DNA of 64,000 nt from an uncultured Planctomycetota bacterium (GCA_963719315.1 CAVRBU010000018.1:1-64000); one strand, 5' to 3'; positions 46,458-56,955 are shown, numbered from the stretch's first letter. A program made the numbers and translations. Notes: generated by a model not told the origin, from the sequence alone.

Positions 46458-48611
46458 ATGGCAGGCAAACTGAAAGGCCAGGGAGGTATCAAGGGACTGC
46501 TGCTTCTGCACGGTGAGAAGATCGCTATTTCGCTCGTCGGCCTGATCGCCCTCTTGCTCATCTACAAGACGACGTCGCTCCCGCGACTCGAAGACAAGTT
46601 TCAGGCCGCCAAACTCCGCGAAGAAATCAATCAGACCTCATCCGCCGTCCGAGATGCACAGTGGCCGGAGCCCACCAGTGAGTTGGCCACCGAAGTGCGG
46701 CCCTTCAAGCCGATCGGCGAAAAGGCCGATAAGGCGGTCCCCAGCGAGCCCTATAAAATCGATCAAGGCCTGGATACCACGATCGTCGCGTCTTCGGAAC
46801 GGCGCCCCGACCCCCAGTTAGTGAATGCGATGGATGTGCGCGGCACCGGCGGCTCGGGCCTGTTCGCGTTCATCGACGAGGAAGTTCGCAAACAACGCGA
46901 TCTGGCGCGGGCCAAAGAAGAACAAGAGCGCGCCAGAAAAGAAGCCGAGCGACAAGCGAAAGAAGCACAAGCGACGGCCAAGGGCGGCGGCCCTGAAGGC
47001 GGAGCAAATCGCCGCAGCCGTGGACAAGACGCGTTTGGTGAGGGCGCCGCGAATCAATTGTTCGACCCCGCGCATCCCAAGCGCCGCCCGCTCTATGGCA
47101 TGGCCCAAGCGCTCGGCGTTCCGCTCCAAGGCGGCGAGCGCGTCGAACAGGCTTATTGGGCCATTGTCGTCGCCAAGGTGCCGATTCGCGAGCAACTCAA
47201 ACGCTATCAGGATGCCTTTGAAAAAGCCAAGCTGGGCTTCGACCCCGCCCGCGATTTTCCGCAGTACAAGGGCTATTTCGTGCAACGGGCCGAGGTCGTC
47301 CCCGGCAAGGATTTGGACTGGAAACCTGTACCCGTTTACGCCGGCGAGCACAAATTCATCGTGGCCAACCAGCCAATCTCACCCAACGGCGTCGGCCAGC
47401 CGGTAATGGATAAGCTCTACGAAATAGCTAGTAAGACGTGGGCCGGCATGTCGCCCAACGTCATCGATCCGCGCTTTTCCGATTATGTCCTGACCTTCCC
47501 CTTGCCCCCCTTAGTCGGGCGCGATTGGGGCCCAGAGGCTACGCATCCCGATATTCCTTTGCTGGCCGACACGCCTCCGCTCGAAGAAGAGGTCTCGCAA
47601 TTAACCACTGATTCACCCGACCAGCGAAGAGCGGTCGATTCCCCCTTCGGCGCCACCGATCCGACGCTAAGCAACCCGGGTTTCCCGATGCCCGGACGCG
47701 GAGCAGGAATGGGACGCGGAGGATTTCCCGGCTTGGGCGGGCGCTTCGGCGGCGAAGGTGGCGAAAGGAGCTTCAGACCGTCCATGGGACGTGGACCAGA
47801 GGGTGAAGGCTCCCGCGGCCTCGGAGGCGGCGGTCGTTATTCCGGCGGCGGCGCAATGGCAGGCCCCGGCGGAGCTCGCACCAGCTTGCCCAAGGGACTC
47901 GATTATCTGCTGCTGCGATTCTTCGATTTCACGGTCGAACCCGGCAAAAAATATAAGTATCGCGTGTCGCTCGTCTTGTCCGATGCAAACTATTCGATGC
48001 CGGACAACGTCCTAGCCCCTGAGGTGCTCGATCGGCATGCCAAAGAAAATCAAGCGGCGCGGGCGAAGAACTCCGTGCGCCCGGATATCCGACTCGTCGA
48101 AGGCTGGAGCGATCCGAGTCCGACGGTCGGTATTCCGCTCGCCGGCAGCGTGAAATTGGTGGACGTCAAGCCTTGGACGCCCGAAAAGATCAACGACGAG
48201 CCGACCGCCAATTTGCTCGTCGAGGCCTTCGATGTGGATGAAAAGGGGAACGCGATTCAGGCGGCAAATAAGAAGGAATTTCGTCGTGGCGGCGTCGCCA
48301 ATATGGTCGAAGACGCCAAGTACCTCGGCGAAGGCTGGATCGACGTTTGGAAAGGATTCAAATTCAACACCGGCATGACCGTGCTCGATATCGACGGTGG
48401 CAAACAACTTACGAAGAACTACAAATCGCCCGGCCGAGTCCTGCTGATGGGACCGGCGGGCGAGCTCTACATTCGCAATGAGCTGGACGACAAGCTGGCC
48501 GTTCAATACCACGACCTGCTGTATGAAACCGACGACAAACGCAGACCGGGCGGCGAGGGAGGCCCCGAAGCCGGTTTCGGTGGTCGCGGTCGCGGCGGGC
48601 GCGAACGCTAG
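46458..48611 (+). CDS. Membrane-anchored hypothetical protein of the pil cluster
   Basis: HGEK + TM; LLRFFDFTVEPGKKYKYRV Fn3-like motif; Gly/Arg-rich linkers. Confidence 0.75.
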   Translation: MAGKLKGQGGIKGLLLLHGEKIAISLVGLIALLLIYKTTSLPRLEDKFQAAKLREEINQTSSAVRDAQWPEPTSELATEVRPFKPIGEKADKAVPSEPYKIDQGLDTTIVASSERRPDPQLVNAMDVRGTGGSGLFAFIDEEVRKQRDLARAKEEQERARKEAERQAKEAQATAKGGGPEGGANRRSRGQDAFGEGAANQLFDPAHPKRRPLYGMAQALGVPLQGGERVEQAYWAIVVAKVPIREQLKRYQDAFEKAKLGFDPARDFPQYKGYFVQRAEVVPGKDLDWKPVPVYAGEHKFIVANQPISPNGVGQPVMDKLYEIASKTWAGMSPNVIDPRFSDYVLTFPLPPLVGRDWGPEATHPDIPLLADTPPLEEEVSQLTTDSPDQRRAVDSPFGATDPTLSNPGFPMPGRGAGMGRGGFPGLGGRFGGEGGERSFRPSMGRGPEGEGSRGLGGGGRYSGGGAMAGPGGARTSLPKGLDYLLLRFFDFTVEPGKKYKYRVSLVLSDANYSMPDNVLAPEVLDRHAKENQAARAKNSVRPDIRLVEGWSDPSPTVGIPLAGSVKLVDVKPWTPEKINDEPTANLLVEAFDVDEKGNAIQAANKKEFRRGGVANMVEDAKYLGEGWIDVWKGFKFNTGMTVLDIDGGKQLTKNYKSPGRVLLMGPAGELYIRNELDDKLAVQYHDLLYETDDKRRPGGEGGPEAGFGGRGRGGRER

Positions 48612-48689
48612 CGATTGCTTCAAATGTGCTTGCAGGTCCTTCTGCCGGATGGAGCCTTTGCTACAAACGGTTTCAAAACCGATTTTTGC

Positions 48690-48733
48690 AGTCGCTGAAT
48701 TTGCAAATAGCAAATAGTCGCTGAATTTGCAAA
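48690..48733. repeat. Direct repeat AGTCGCTGAATTTGCAAA x2 (second copy runs to 48733)
   Basis: Two exact 18-bp copies in an AT-rich spacer upstream of the secretin gene. Confidence 0.7.
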
Positions 48734-49205
48734 AATTCAGTGCATTGCGACGATCTCTGATTTCTTGCGATTCCGTTACGGTTTCGAAACTGCTTTGAAC
48801 CATCGAGCTTCGCGGTGACGCCCAGCTCTCGCTCTGCAAGCGCAGCCTGCTGTTGAGGCAAAGCCTTAATCTGTCATCGTGCTGCCTCGCGTGCAGCCAG
48901 CAGCGCTGACTTGAGCAAATTCTGCAATTCGGCGGAAAGCGGCCTTGACCCGCTAATCCTTCGCCGGTAATTTCCCGCTCCTCATCTGCCAGGAACGGAC
49001 CGCTACAAGACTTTTCACCGATTTCGACTGCGTTTTGGTCGAGCGATCACGGTCGCACCGCGGGCCCGTTCCTAAGAATCCGAACTCGATGCGTTTTAGC
49101 ACGGGCAATTGCACACTAGCCGACATTTGATCGCGATTGGGGCACTGCGCTCGAGGAGAGTGTACGTGCGGTCCACTGCGAGCTGTCGCTAGAAGGAGAA
49201 GCGAG

Positions 49206-52200
49206 TTGAGCGCCACACGAACTCAAATAGCACTTAGGGTTGCTTTGACTCAAATAGTTTTCGCCTGCGTAGCGCCGGGCTTACGCGCCGCAACGCCCGA
49301 GGGCGGCTCGGCCGCATCGCCGGCGGCTCGCGGACCGGCCTCGATGCCCACGTCGCAGAAAGACGCCGACCTGATGCTCCGCGAAGCCCGCGGCGCCATC
49401 GAACAAGGGCGGCTCGTCGAAGCCGAGAAAATCCTCACGCGCGTCGAGAGCGCACACATCAATTTCTCGGTGTTCCACGTCGGCCCGACGCCGGCCTCGG
49501 TCCGCCGCGAATTGGTGCGCGCCCAACGACTGTCGCACGCGGACAGCAAGTCGCCCCATCGCGCCGAGCCAGCCGCCGGCAAGAGTCACTTGCCCTTTGC
49601 CCGCACCGCCGCCGCCAAGCCCAACCCTGTGGAAGATCCGTTCGCCGCGCACAACCTGGCCACCGGTTCTGCCGCCGGCTCACCCGCCCCATCGACGCCG
49701 GGCCGAGACGCGAGCAACGTCTCAGCACCTAAGTCGCTCTCAGCCTCCCACAATTCTCAGCCGGCCAACGCCCGTGTCGAAAATCCGTACGCCGTCATGG
49801 GCCGTAACGCTTCTCCGGCTGCGAATTCGTCTTACGCCGATCAGCTAGGTTCGTTGAGCGGATTGAAGTATCCGGTCACGCCCGCCTCGGCCGAAGAAAA
49901 TCCGTTTCGTGGCACATCCGCGGGCGGTCCCGTTAACGCGGCCGCAACCGAAGATCACAACGCTACGCAGAATTCGCCGCGGGCATTACCGGCTCCATCA
50001 CAGCCGATGAACGCGGCCCCGTCGCGCGCTGCGTCGCCAAAGCAGCAAGTCCAGGCCGAGCTGTCGGCCGCGCGCAAGGCCCTGCAAAATGGCGACATCG
50101 CGCAAGCCGAAAAGCGAACGCAAGCCGCAATCAGCCTGGGCGTTCCGGAATCGGAGTTTCTGCCGGATGAAGATCGCCCCTCCCTGATTGCCTGGGATAT
50201 CACGCGTGCCAAGCAAAAGGGACCGGCGGCGCCGGGCGCCCCGGCCGCCATCGAACGGCTGCCGGCCACGACACAAGCTCGCAACGAATCGCCTGCGCGC
50301 TATGAAGCCTCCTCACGCTACGATATTCAGCAAGCCCAACTTGCCGATCCAGCCGATTCGCCGCTAGGCCGCAACGCGGGCGCGCTCCCCACGGCCTATA
50401 ACGCCGAGGTGGGCCACGTCCGGCAGTCGCCGCCCACGAGTAGCTCGAATCGGCTCGCGTCCACGCCGTCGACCGCCAACGGGCCGGCCTCGAGCCGAAT
50501 CGCGTCGGCCGCCGAACCGCCGACCTCGCACCTTGCCGGTGACGGGCCGCCGATGCTTGCTCCACCCTCGTTCGGCGCGCCCCAAAACGCTCCCGAATCC
50601 TCGCTTCGAATTGCTTCGGCGCCGCTACCGCCGGCTTCGGCGCCGCCCTCCGAGGATTTGCCGCTACCTCAGTCGCCCACCGCCACGCCGGCAGCGGAAC
50701 CCGCTCAACTGCCAATGGAAAACGCCGCGCCTGCCGGGCACGGAAAGGCCACGCTGATCGATACGGCCGACGAAAATCAGCAGGCGCTCGCTCATCAGCT
50801 TTCGGCTGAAATCGGCAAACGCCAGACCGAAGCCCAACAGCTTCTCGAAAAGGATCCCGAGCGCGCGCTCGCGACCTTGCACGAAGCGCAGCAATTGGTG
50901 AACGATTCCAAGCTGCCCGAGTCGGCCCGCCGCGAGCTTTTGAGCCGCATCGACATCACGCTCAAGAAAGCCGAGCACTACACCAGCGACCATCGCGCCG
51001 AGATCGACCTCGACAAGCAGAACGCAACCGTACTTGCCGATCATAAGCACGATCAAGAAATGCGGCTCAAGCTGCAACAAAAGATCGCGGAGAACATCGA
51101 CGAATTCAACCGCTTGAAGGACGAACAGCGTTACGCTGAAGCCGAGATCATCGCCCGCCGCTTGAACGAATTGGCGCCCGATGATCCAGTGGTCGCCCAG
51201 GTTTGGCAGATGGCCAAGTTCCTCCGCCGCGAGATGATGAATCGGCAACTCGCCGACAACAAAGAGCAAAGTGTCTGGAATCAGCTCAACGCCGTCGAGC
51301 AATCGGCCATCAATCCGGTCGCGGAAGACGGTAAAGAAATGACGTTCGATCACAAGTATTGGGGCGAGTTCGTCAAAGACCGCAAAGGCTCCAAGGAGCG
51401 CGTCCAGCGTCACACGGAGCGCGAGTTGGAAATCGAGCGCCGCTTGAAGACGCCCGTCTTGCTCAAATATCAGGACACGCCGCTCACCGAAGTGATGGAA
51501 GGCCTCTCCGAGCTCACCGGAGTGAACGTCCATCTCGATCCCCGCGGGCTCACGCAGGAAGGCGTCAACAGCGACACCCCGGTGACGATCAATCTCACCA
51601 AGGAGGTCCAGCTCAAGAGCGCTCTCAACCTGATCCTCGAGCCGCTCCACTTGAGCTATGTGATCAACGACGAAGTGCTCAAGATCACCAGCGAACAGCT
51701 CCGCGACGGCGAGATCTATCCGCAAACCTATAACGTGGCCGACCTGGTCACGCCGATCCCGAACTTCGTGCCGAGCAGCAATATGGGCCTGCAAGGCATG
51801 ATCAACGAATCCATGGCGGCGGCCGGCCGCGGCAGCCGACCCGGATTCGCCCAGAACGGCCCCAGCGTGCTCGTCAACAATCGCGGCGGATCGCAGCAGG
51901 TCTCCGGCGGCGGCGATAATATCTTGGCCCAGCAATTCAACGCCGCTCCAGCCAGTGGGTTGTCGCCTTCGACGGTGCCGATCGGCGCCGGACCGGGCGG
52001 TATGGGCGCCGCTGCCAACGCCGACTTCGACTCGCTCATCGACCTGATCGTCTCCACGGTCTCGACCGACACCTGGGCCGAAAACGGCGGCGGCACGGCG
52101 GAAATCCGTCCCTTCCCCACCAACCTCAGCCTCGTCATCAGCCAGACGCAGGCCGTACATGAAGAAATTGCCGACCTTTTGCAGCAACTCCGTCGTCTGC

Positions 52201-53207
52201 AGGATCTGCAGGTCACGATCGAAGTTCGCTTCATCCGCCTCAACGATAGCTTCTTCGAGCGAATCGGCATCGACTTCGACTTGAACATCAAAGACACCGG
52301 TGTCAACGCAAACAACGCCAACCAGTTCCAGCCGAACAATCCCAACGGCCTGAGCAACACCGTGGGTCTGCAGCGCGCCGCGCCGCCGATCGCACCCTTC
52401 CCGAATTTCACGACGGACCTGGATATCCCGTTCCGACAGGGTAACTTCAACGTCTCCCTCCCAGCGTTCGGTGGATTCGATCCGAACTCGGCGGCGACGT
52501 TCGGCTTCGCCATCCTCAGCGACATCGAGGCCTTCTTCCTGATCGAAGCCGCCCAAGGCGACAAGCGCACGAATGTGCTCAACGCGCCCAAAGTGACGCT
52601 CTTCAACGGCCAACAGGCGTTCGTCGCCGATGCCACGCAACGGCCCTTCGTGGTCGGCGTCATCCCGGTCGTCGGCGAGTTCGCGTCCGCCCAACAGCCC
52701 GTCATCGTCGTTCTGAACGAAGGCACGATGATGACGATCCAGGCGGTCGTTTCCGATGACCGCCGCTACGTGCGAATGACCATCGTGCCCTTCTTCACGC
52801 AGATCGGAAATGTCGATACGTTCACGTTTGAAGGCTCGTCTTCCACGACGAGTTCCAGCAGCTCGACCGACAACGACGACGACGGCAAGAACGAAAAGAA
52901 GGATAGTAGCGACGCGGCCACGCGCAGCGGCGTCACCGTGCAGTTGCCCTCCTTCTCGTTCGTCTCCGTCGTGACCACGGTCAGCGTGCCCGACGGAGGA
53001 ACCGTGCTGCTCGGCGGAATCAAGCGGCTCTCCGAAGGCCGCAATGAGTTCGGCGTGCCGCTGCTGTCGAAGGTCCCGTACATCAATCGCCTATTCCGCA
53101 ACGTCGGCATCGGCCGCGAGACCGACAGCCTGATGATGATGGTCACGCCGCGAATCATCATCCAGGAAGAGGAAGAAGAACGCCTCCTCGGCGTCGCGGC
53201 GCCGTAA
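49206..53207 (+). CDS. Secretin (PilQ/GspD-like) with long Pro/Ala-rich N-terminus
   Basis: LQVTIEVRFI, APKVTLFNGQ, VSVPDGGTVLLGG, VPLLSKVPYINRLF, MVTPRII; probable TTG start after AAGGAG. Confidence 0.9.
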   Translation: MSATRTQIALRVALTQIVFACVAPGLRAATPEGGSAASPAARGPASMPTSQKDADLMLREARGAIEQGRLVEAEKILTRVESAHINFSVFHVGPTPASVRRELVRAQRLSHADSKSPHRAEPAAGKSHLPFARTAAAKPNPVEDPFAAHNLATGSAAGSPAPSTPGRDASNVSAPKSLSASHNSQPANARVENPYAVMGRNASPAANSSYADQLGSLSGLKYPVTPASAEENPFRGTSAGGPVNAAATEDHNATQNSPRALPAPSQPMNAAPSRAASPKQQVQAELSAARKALQNGDIAQAEKRTQAAISLGVPESEFLPDEDRPSLIAWDITRAKQKGPAAPGAPAAIERLPATTQARNESPARYEASSRYDIQQAQLADPADSPLGRNAGALPTAYNAEVGHVRQSPPTSSSNRLASTPSTANGPASSRIASAAEPPTSHLAGDGPPMLAPPSFGAPQNAPESSLRIASAPLPPASAPPSEDLPLPQSPTATPAAEPAQLPMENAAPAGHGKATLIDTADENQQALAHQLSAEIGKRQTEAQQLLEKDPERALATLHEAQQLVNDSKLPESARRELLSRIDITLKKAEHYTSDHRAEIDLDKQNATVLADHKHDQEMRLKLQQKIAENIDEFNRLKDEQRYAEAEIIARRLNELAPDDPVVAQVWQMAKFLRREMMNRQLADNKEQSVWNQLNAVEQSAINPVAEDGKEMTFDHKYWGEFVKDRKGSKERVQRHTERELEIERRLKTPVLLKYQDTPLTEVMEGLSELTGVNVHLDPRGLTQEGVNSDTPVTINLTKEVQLKSALNLILEPLHLSYVINDEVLKITSEQLRDGEIYPQTYNVADLVTPIPNFVPSSNMGLQGMINESMAAAGRGSRPGFAQNGPSVLVNNRGGSQQVSGGGDNILAQQFNAAPASGLSPSTVPIGAGPGGMGAAANADFDSLIDLIVSTVSTDTWAENGGGTAEIRPFPTNLSLVISQTQAVHEEIADLLQQLRRLQDLQVTIEVRFIRLNDSFFERIGIDFDLNIKDTGVNANNANQFQPNNPNGLSNTVGLQRAAPPIAPFPNFTTDLDIPFRQGNFNVSLPAFGGFDPNSAATFGFAILSDIEAFFLIEAAQGDKRTNVLNAPKVTLFNGQQAFVADATQRPFVVGVIPVVGEFASAQQPVIVVLNEGTMMTIQAVVSDDRRYVRMTIVPFFTQIGNVDTFTFEGSSSTTSSSSSTDNDDDGKNEKKDSSDAATRSGVTVQLPSFSFVSVVTTVSVPDGGTVLLGGIKRLSEGRNEFGVPLLSKVPYINRLFRNVGIGRETDSLMMMVTPRIIIQEEEEERLLGVAAP

Positions 53208-53306
53208 TCGTTTCCTGCACATTTCGCGCTATGCCGCAAGCGACACGCTTCGCCGCTTGCGGCTTAGCTTTTTCCGTTTCCATTAGCGATCAGCATTGCC
53301 GCCCAC

Positions 53307-53720
53307 ATGTCTTCCCTCTCCCGCCGCTGGATTGCCCTCGGAGCGCTGCTCGGCGCGATTGGCGTCGCGCTCGGCGCCTACGGTGCACACGGTCTGAGCG
53401 ATTTGCTGGAAAACAATCTCGGGTACTCTGGCGACGACCTGCGCCACCGCCTCGCGATCTTCGAAACGGCCGTCCGATACCAGATGTTCCACGCCTTGGC
53501 GCTGGTGTTCACCGGCCTCGCGCTGCAGCAGAAGGAATCGCCCTGGTGGTGGTTTGCCGCCTGGGCCTTTCTGGCCGGCGTCCTGATTTTCAGCGGCCTA
53601 CTGAAAGTGCTGGCCTTCGCCGACCCTAAATGGAACTGGCTCGGCGCAGTCGTCCCCTTCGGCGGCCTCTCTCTAATCACTGGTTGGCTCGCTCTGGCCA
53701 TCGGCGCTCTCCGCAAGTAA
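53307..53720 (+). CDS. DUF423 membrane protein (YgdD/TMEM256-like)
   Basis: GAYGAHGL, TAVRYQMFHALAL, FSG.L, P.GG...GW. Confidence 0.88.
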   Translation: MSSLSRRWIALGALLGAIGVALGAYGAHGLSDLLENNLGYSGDDLRHRLAIFETAVRYQMFHALALVFTGLALQQKESPWWWFAAWAFLAGVLIFSGLLKVLAFADPKWNWLGAVVPFGGLSLITGWLALAIGALRK

Positions 53721-53873
53721 CGAATCCGGCTGCCGCTGGCTCTGCCACCCTCTGCCTTCCCCGGCTGCCACTACTGGCTTGCCCAGCAGTGGATGACCGC
53801 GTTACCCTTGCAGCATATCCGTTGTGTTGTCTCTCTATCGCAATCGGACCAAGCAGCTCCCAAGGAACTACGA

Positions 53874-54764
53874 ATGCAAACGACCAGGCAGAATCGGATC
53901 GTGGCGACATTCCTAGCCGCCGCAATATTGGCGGGCGCACAGTCGCTCCGCGCACAGCACCAAAATGAAATTGTTGTCGAAAACAACATCGAGTACTCGA
54001 ACCCGGACAACCAGCACCTGCAACTCAACATGGCCCAGCCCAAAAGCCCTGGCCCACACCCAGCCATCCTCTGTATCCACGGCGGCGGCTTCCGCGCCGG
54101 CTCGCGCGAGACCTACGACGGCCTCATCAAGAAGCTGGCCGAAAACGGCTACGTCGCCGTGACCGTCACTTACCGCCTCGCTCCAAAGTATCAGTTCCCC
54201 GCGGCCGTCTTCGATGTGAAGGCCGCCGTTCGCTGGCTCCGCGCGAATGCCGCGAAGTACGACATCGATCCCGACCGCATCGGCACCACCGGCGGCTCAG
54301 CCGGCGGACACCTCGCACAGTTCCTGGGCGTGACCGCCGACCAGAAGCAATTCGAAGGCGATGGCGGCAATCCGGACCAATCGAGCCGCGTGGCCTGTGT
54401 CGTCAACTTCTACGGACCCAGCGATTTCACCCAGTCGTACGGCAAAAGCGTCGACGCCGCCGAAGTGCTGCCGCTCTTTCTCGGCGGCAATCTCGAGCAA
54501 GCCCGCCAGCGGCACATCGTCGCGAGCCCGCTCTACTGGGTCACGCCAACGGCCGCCCCGACGCTCTGCATCCATGGCACGAACGACAACTACGTCGCCT
54601 TCGAGCAAGCCGGGTGGATCGTCGACCGCCTGAAAGCAGCCGGCGTCGAGGCCGAACTGCTGCCTATGGAAGGCTCGGGCCACGGCTTCAAAGGCAAAGC
54701 GGCCGAAACAGCCGACGCCGCCATGCTCGCCTTTTTCAACGCGCACCTTAAGAAGCAGCCGTAG
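53874..54764 (+). CDS. Secreted alpha/beta hydrolase (esterase)
   Basis: IHGGG, GGSAGG, IHGTND, GHGF. Confidence 0.9.
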   Translation: MQTTRQNRIVATFLAAAILAGAQSLRAQHQNEIVVENNIEYSNPDNQHLQLNMAQPKSPGPHPAILCIHGGGFRAGSRETYDGLIKKLAENGYVAVTVTYRLAPKYQFPAAVFDVKAAVRWLRANAAKYDIDPDRIGTTGGSAGGHLAQFLGVTADQKQFEGDGGNPDQSSRVACVVNFYGPSDFTQSYGKSVDAAEVLPLFLGGNLEQARQRHIVASPLYWVTPTAAPTLCIHGTNDNYVAFEQAGWIVDRLKAAGVEAELLPMEGSGHGFKGKAAETADAAMLAFFNAHLKKQP

Positions 54765-54890
54765 TGCTTTGTCACAGCTAAAAATTGGGGTTGGGCGCAT
54801 CAGCCGCAGGGCGCTAGCCCCCGGTTTGTGCCGCTCCAACCGGGGGCTAGCGCCCCGCGGCTAATCCCAAAATCAAGCTGTAACAAAGCA
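54765..54890. mobile_element. 126-bp MITE-like element
   Basis: Terminal IR TGCTTTGTCACAGCT / AGCTGTAACAAAGCA (14/15); GTAG on both sides (54761-54764, 54891-54894); internal REP-like pair. Confidence 0.8.
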
Positions 54891-55743
54891 GTAGGTCAGT
54901 TTCTCCGAAGCTGAAAGCCCATGGTTGTGCGCGGTCGGAGAAACTCGCCAACAATCGGTGCTACTGCCGGCTCATCCGGTAGTGCTTGTGACTGCGATTC
55001 CCTTGCGGCATCTCTGAAACAAACTCTCAACAGCTCTGTAGCAAAGATTTCTGCCTTGGCGATTCGCGCCAATTATCGGTGTGGACCAGAGAGCTTCTGC
55101 ATTGCCTCCGCGACCGCTGCGGCTCCGCGAGAAACTTTTCGTCAAGCCCCTGTTTTTGTGCCACGCTCTCTCCAAAATTTTTCCGTCGCTTTTGGCCGCG
55201 CACTGTGCTAATGTCGATGTCCGAACCGTGAACCACGAAATACCGAATAGCGCGGATTTAAAAGAGCATTTCTCTTGAGGCGCCCGCACAAGCATCTGTG
55301 CCCATCCGGTCATCCGTGGTAACAAACCGTGCCAGGAACGTGCAACTATGGAAGCAAACTCGGCGACTTTTGCACCGCGATCGATCCGCAACGCCTCGGG
55401 ACTTGCAGTCTCTGCTCGCCCGCCGGGCGCGCAATACTCGGGACTTTTGCACGCGAAAAAAAATATCTCACGTCGCGAGCAAAATTCAACCCGTTGTGCC
55501 GCAACAGGTTGTGGATCCAACGCGCCAGCCACGCAAGCGCAAAACGCCTCGGCCGCACTGGAATTCTCGGGCATTTCGCAAATCGTTTCGCACTCACTTT
55601 CGATCACAACAAACGCAATTCCAATCCCGCCGCGACGTTCCGCCGCAGCCTCCCCACTCCCCACTCCCCACTCAAAGAGCAGAGGCGCCCAGGTGGCGAA
55701 CCACCCAGGCGCCCCCAGGGCACAACGGGGAGTGCAAAGTTTT

Positions 55744-56334
55744 TTACACGGCGGACGCCGTTTCCAGTTGCCGCGCGAGTCGCTTCCGTGCCACGTGCAG
55801 CCGGCGCTTGATCGTACCGATCGGCGCCGCGAACGACGTGCTCATTTGGGCGAGCGATTCGCCCCGCACGTAAAACGCTTCGAGCGTGTGCCGATCCAGC
55901 TCGCCCAACCGCGCGAGGCCGCCGCGGACTTGGGTCGCTCGCTCGTGGGCCAGCACGGCGTCGAGCGGCGTGTACGACTCGATGCACGTGGCATCCAGCG
56001 TCTGCGGCTCCGTCGCCACAACCGGCGCTCGCCGCACCTGACGATTGATCGCCATCCGCACCGTGATCGACCGCAGCCAACCGGCGAACGCCGCCGGCAC
56101 CTTCAACTGCTCGATCTTCTGCATCGCCTTGACGAGCACTTCCTGGCACAGCTCCTGGGCTTCCGCGTGGTTGCTGAGCCGGCGCAGCGCGATCGCATAG
56201 ACCATCGGTTCGAATCGCGTGGCCAGTTCGCCAAACGCTTCCCGGTCGCCGTCTTGCGCGGCGGCGACCAGGTACTCGAGTGGGGTAGCTTCGATCTCGG
56301 TTTCAGATTCGCATTCGTAGCAGGCGGTGGACAT
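55744..56334 (-). CDS. ECF RNA polymerase sigma factor
   Basis: GDREAFGEL, AQELCQEV, FAGWL, PIGTIKRRLHVAR. Confidence 0.92.
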   Translation of the reverse strand: MSTACYECESETEIEATPLEYLVAAAQDGDREAFGELATRFEPMVYAIALRRLSNHAEAQELCQEVLVKAMQKIEQLKVPAAFAGWLRSITVRMAINRQVRRAPVVATEPQTLDATCIESYTPLDAVLAHERATQVRGGLARLGELDRHTLEAFYVRGESLAQMSTSFAAPIGTIKRRLHVARKRLARQLETASAV

Positions 56335-56521
56335 GGATCTCTCTTTTTTCGGAAGCGATCGCTGAGCGACTCAGGCGACCGGGGGATATGCTGGCGAACG
56401 GCACAAAACCCGGTTGGTCTTGATGCGAAGGAAAATACCAACGCAACAGTGACCAGGGGCTGGCTCAGTCGGCGGCGATTTTTTGTTTGCTGATTCGGTG
56501 TCCGCCGTGGCGGACGTTTTA

Positions 56522-56824
56522 TCAGCAGTCGCCGACTGTGCCGGGGTCGACTACGACGCCCGACATCCAGCGCTGGTGGCGCTGGTGGCCCGTGCCCGAA
56601 TAACTCGGACACGTCGCCATGGCGGGCGTCATCTCGCGCAAGGCGAGTGACCCGGCTAGCGTCCGCTTAAGCGAACGCCAACTGCCGCGCAAGGAAAGAC
56701 GGCGCGCGAATTTGGTAATGAGGGTGCGCAGCGTGTTCCGATGCGTCGCTTCGACGACGTTGACAATACCTTGGGCATTCAAGTTGAAGCCAAGAATCGT
56801 GCTGTCGAAGTGATTGAATCGCAT
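56522..56824 (-). CDS. Possible small leader ORF upstream of the ECF sigma gene
   Basis: 100-aa ORF with GAGG before the ATG, same strand as the sigma gene; no recognisable domain. Confidence 0.35.
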   Translation of the reverse strand: MRFNHFDSTILGFNLNAQGIVNVVEATHRNTLRTLITKFARRLSLRGSWRSLKRTLAGSLALREMTPAMATCPSYSGTGHQRHQRWMSGVVVDPGTVGDC

Positions 56825-56955
56825 CGTTGCCTCGCTGCGCCGCGCGCCGAATAAAAGAAAACCAATGCAGAAAAAACGGCTAAACCAGGAACGGCGGCCA
56901 AAACCGCCACGCCCAACTCAAGCTTCTCACGGCTCCGGGGTGAAGTCAAGCGAAT

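Noticed and set aside
50664..52694. 676-aa antisense ORF and similar long shadow ORFs opposite groEL, lpxD and pilM
   Set aside because: Expected from GC-rich codon bias opposite real genes
54900..55740. ORFs in the spacer between the hydrolase and the ECF sigma gene
   Set aside because: No recognisable protein features; only degenerate short repeats
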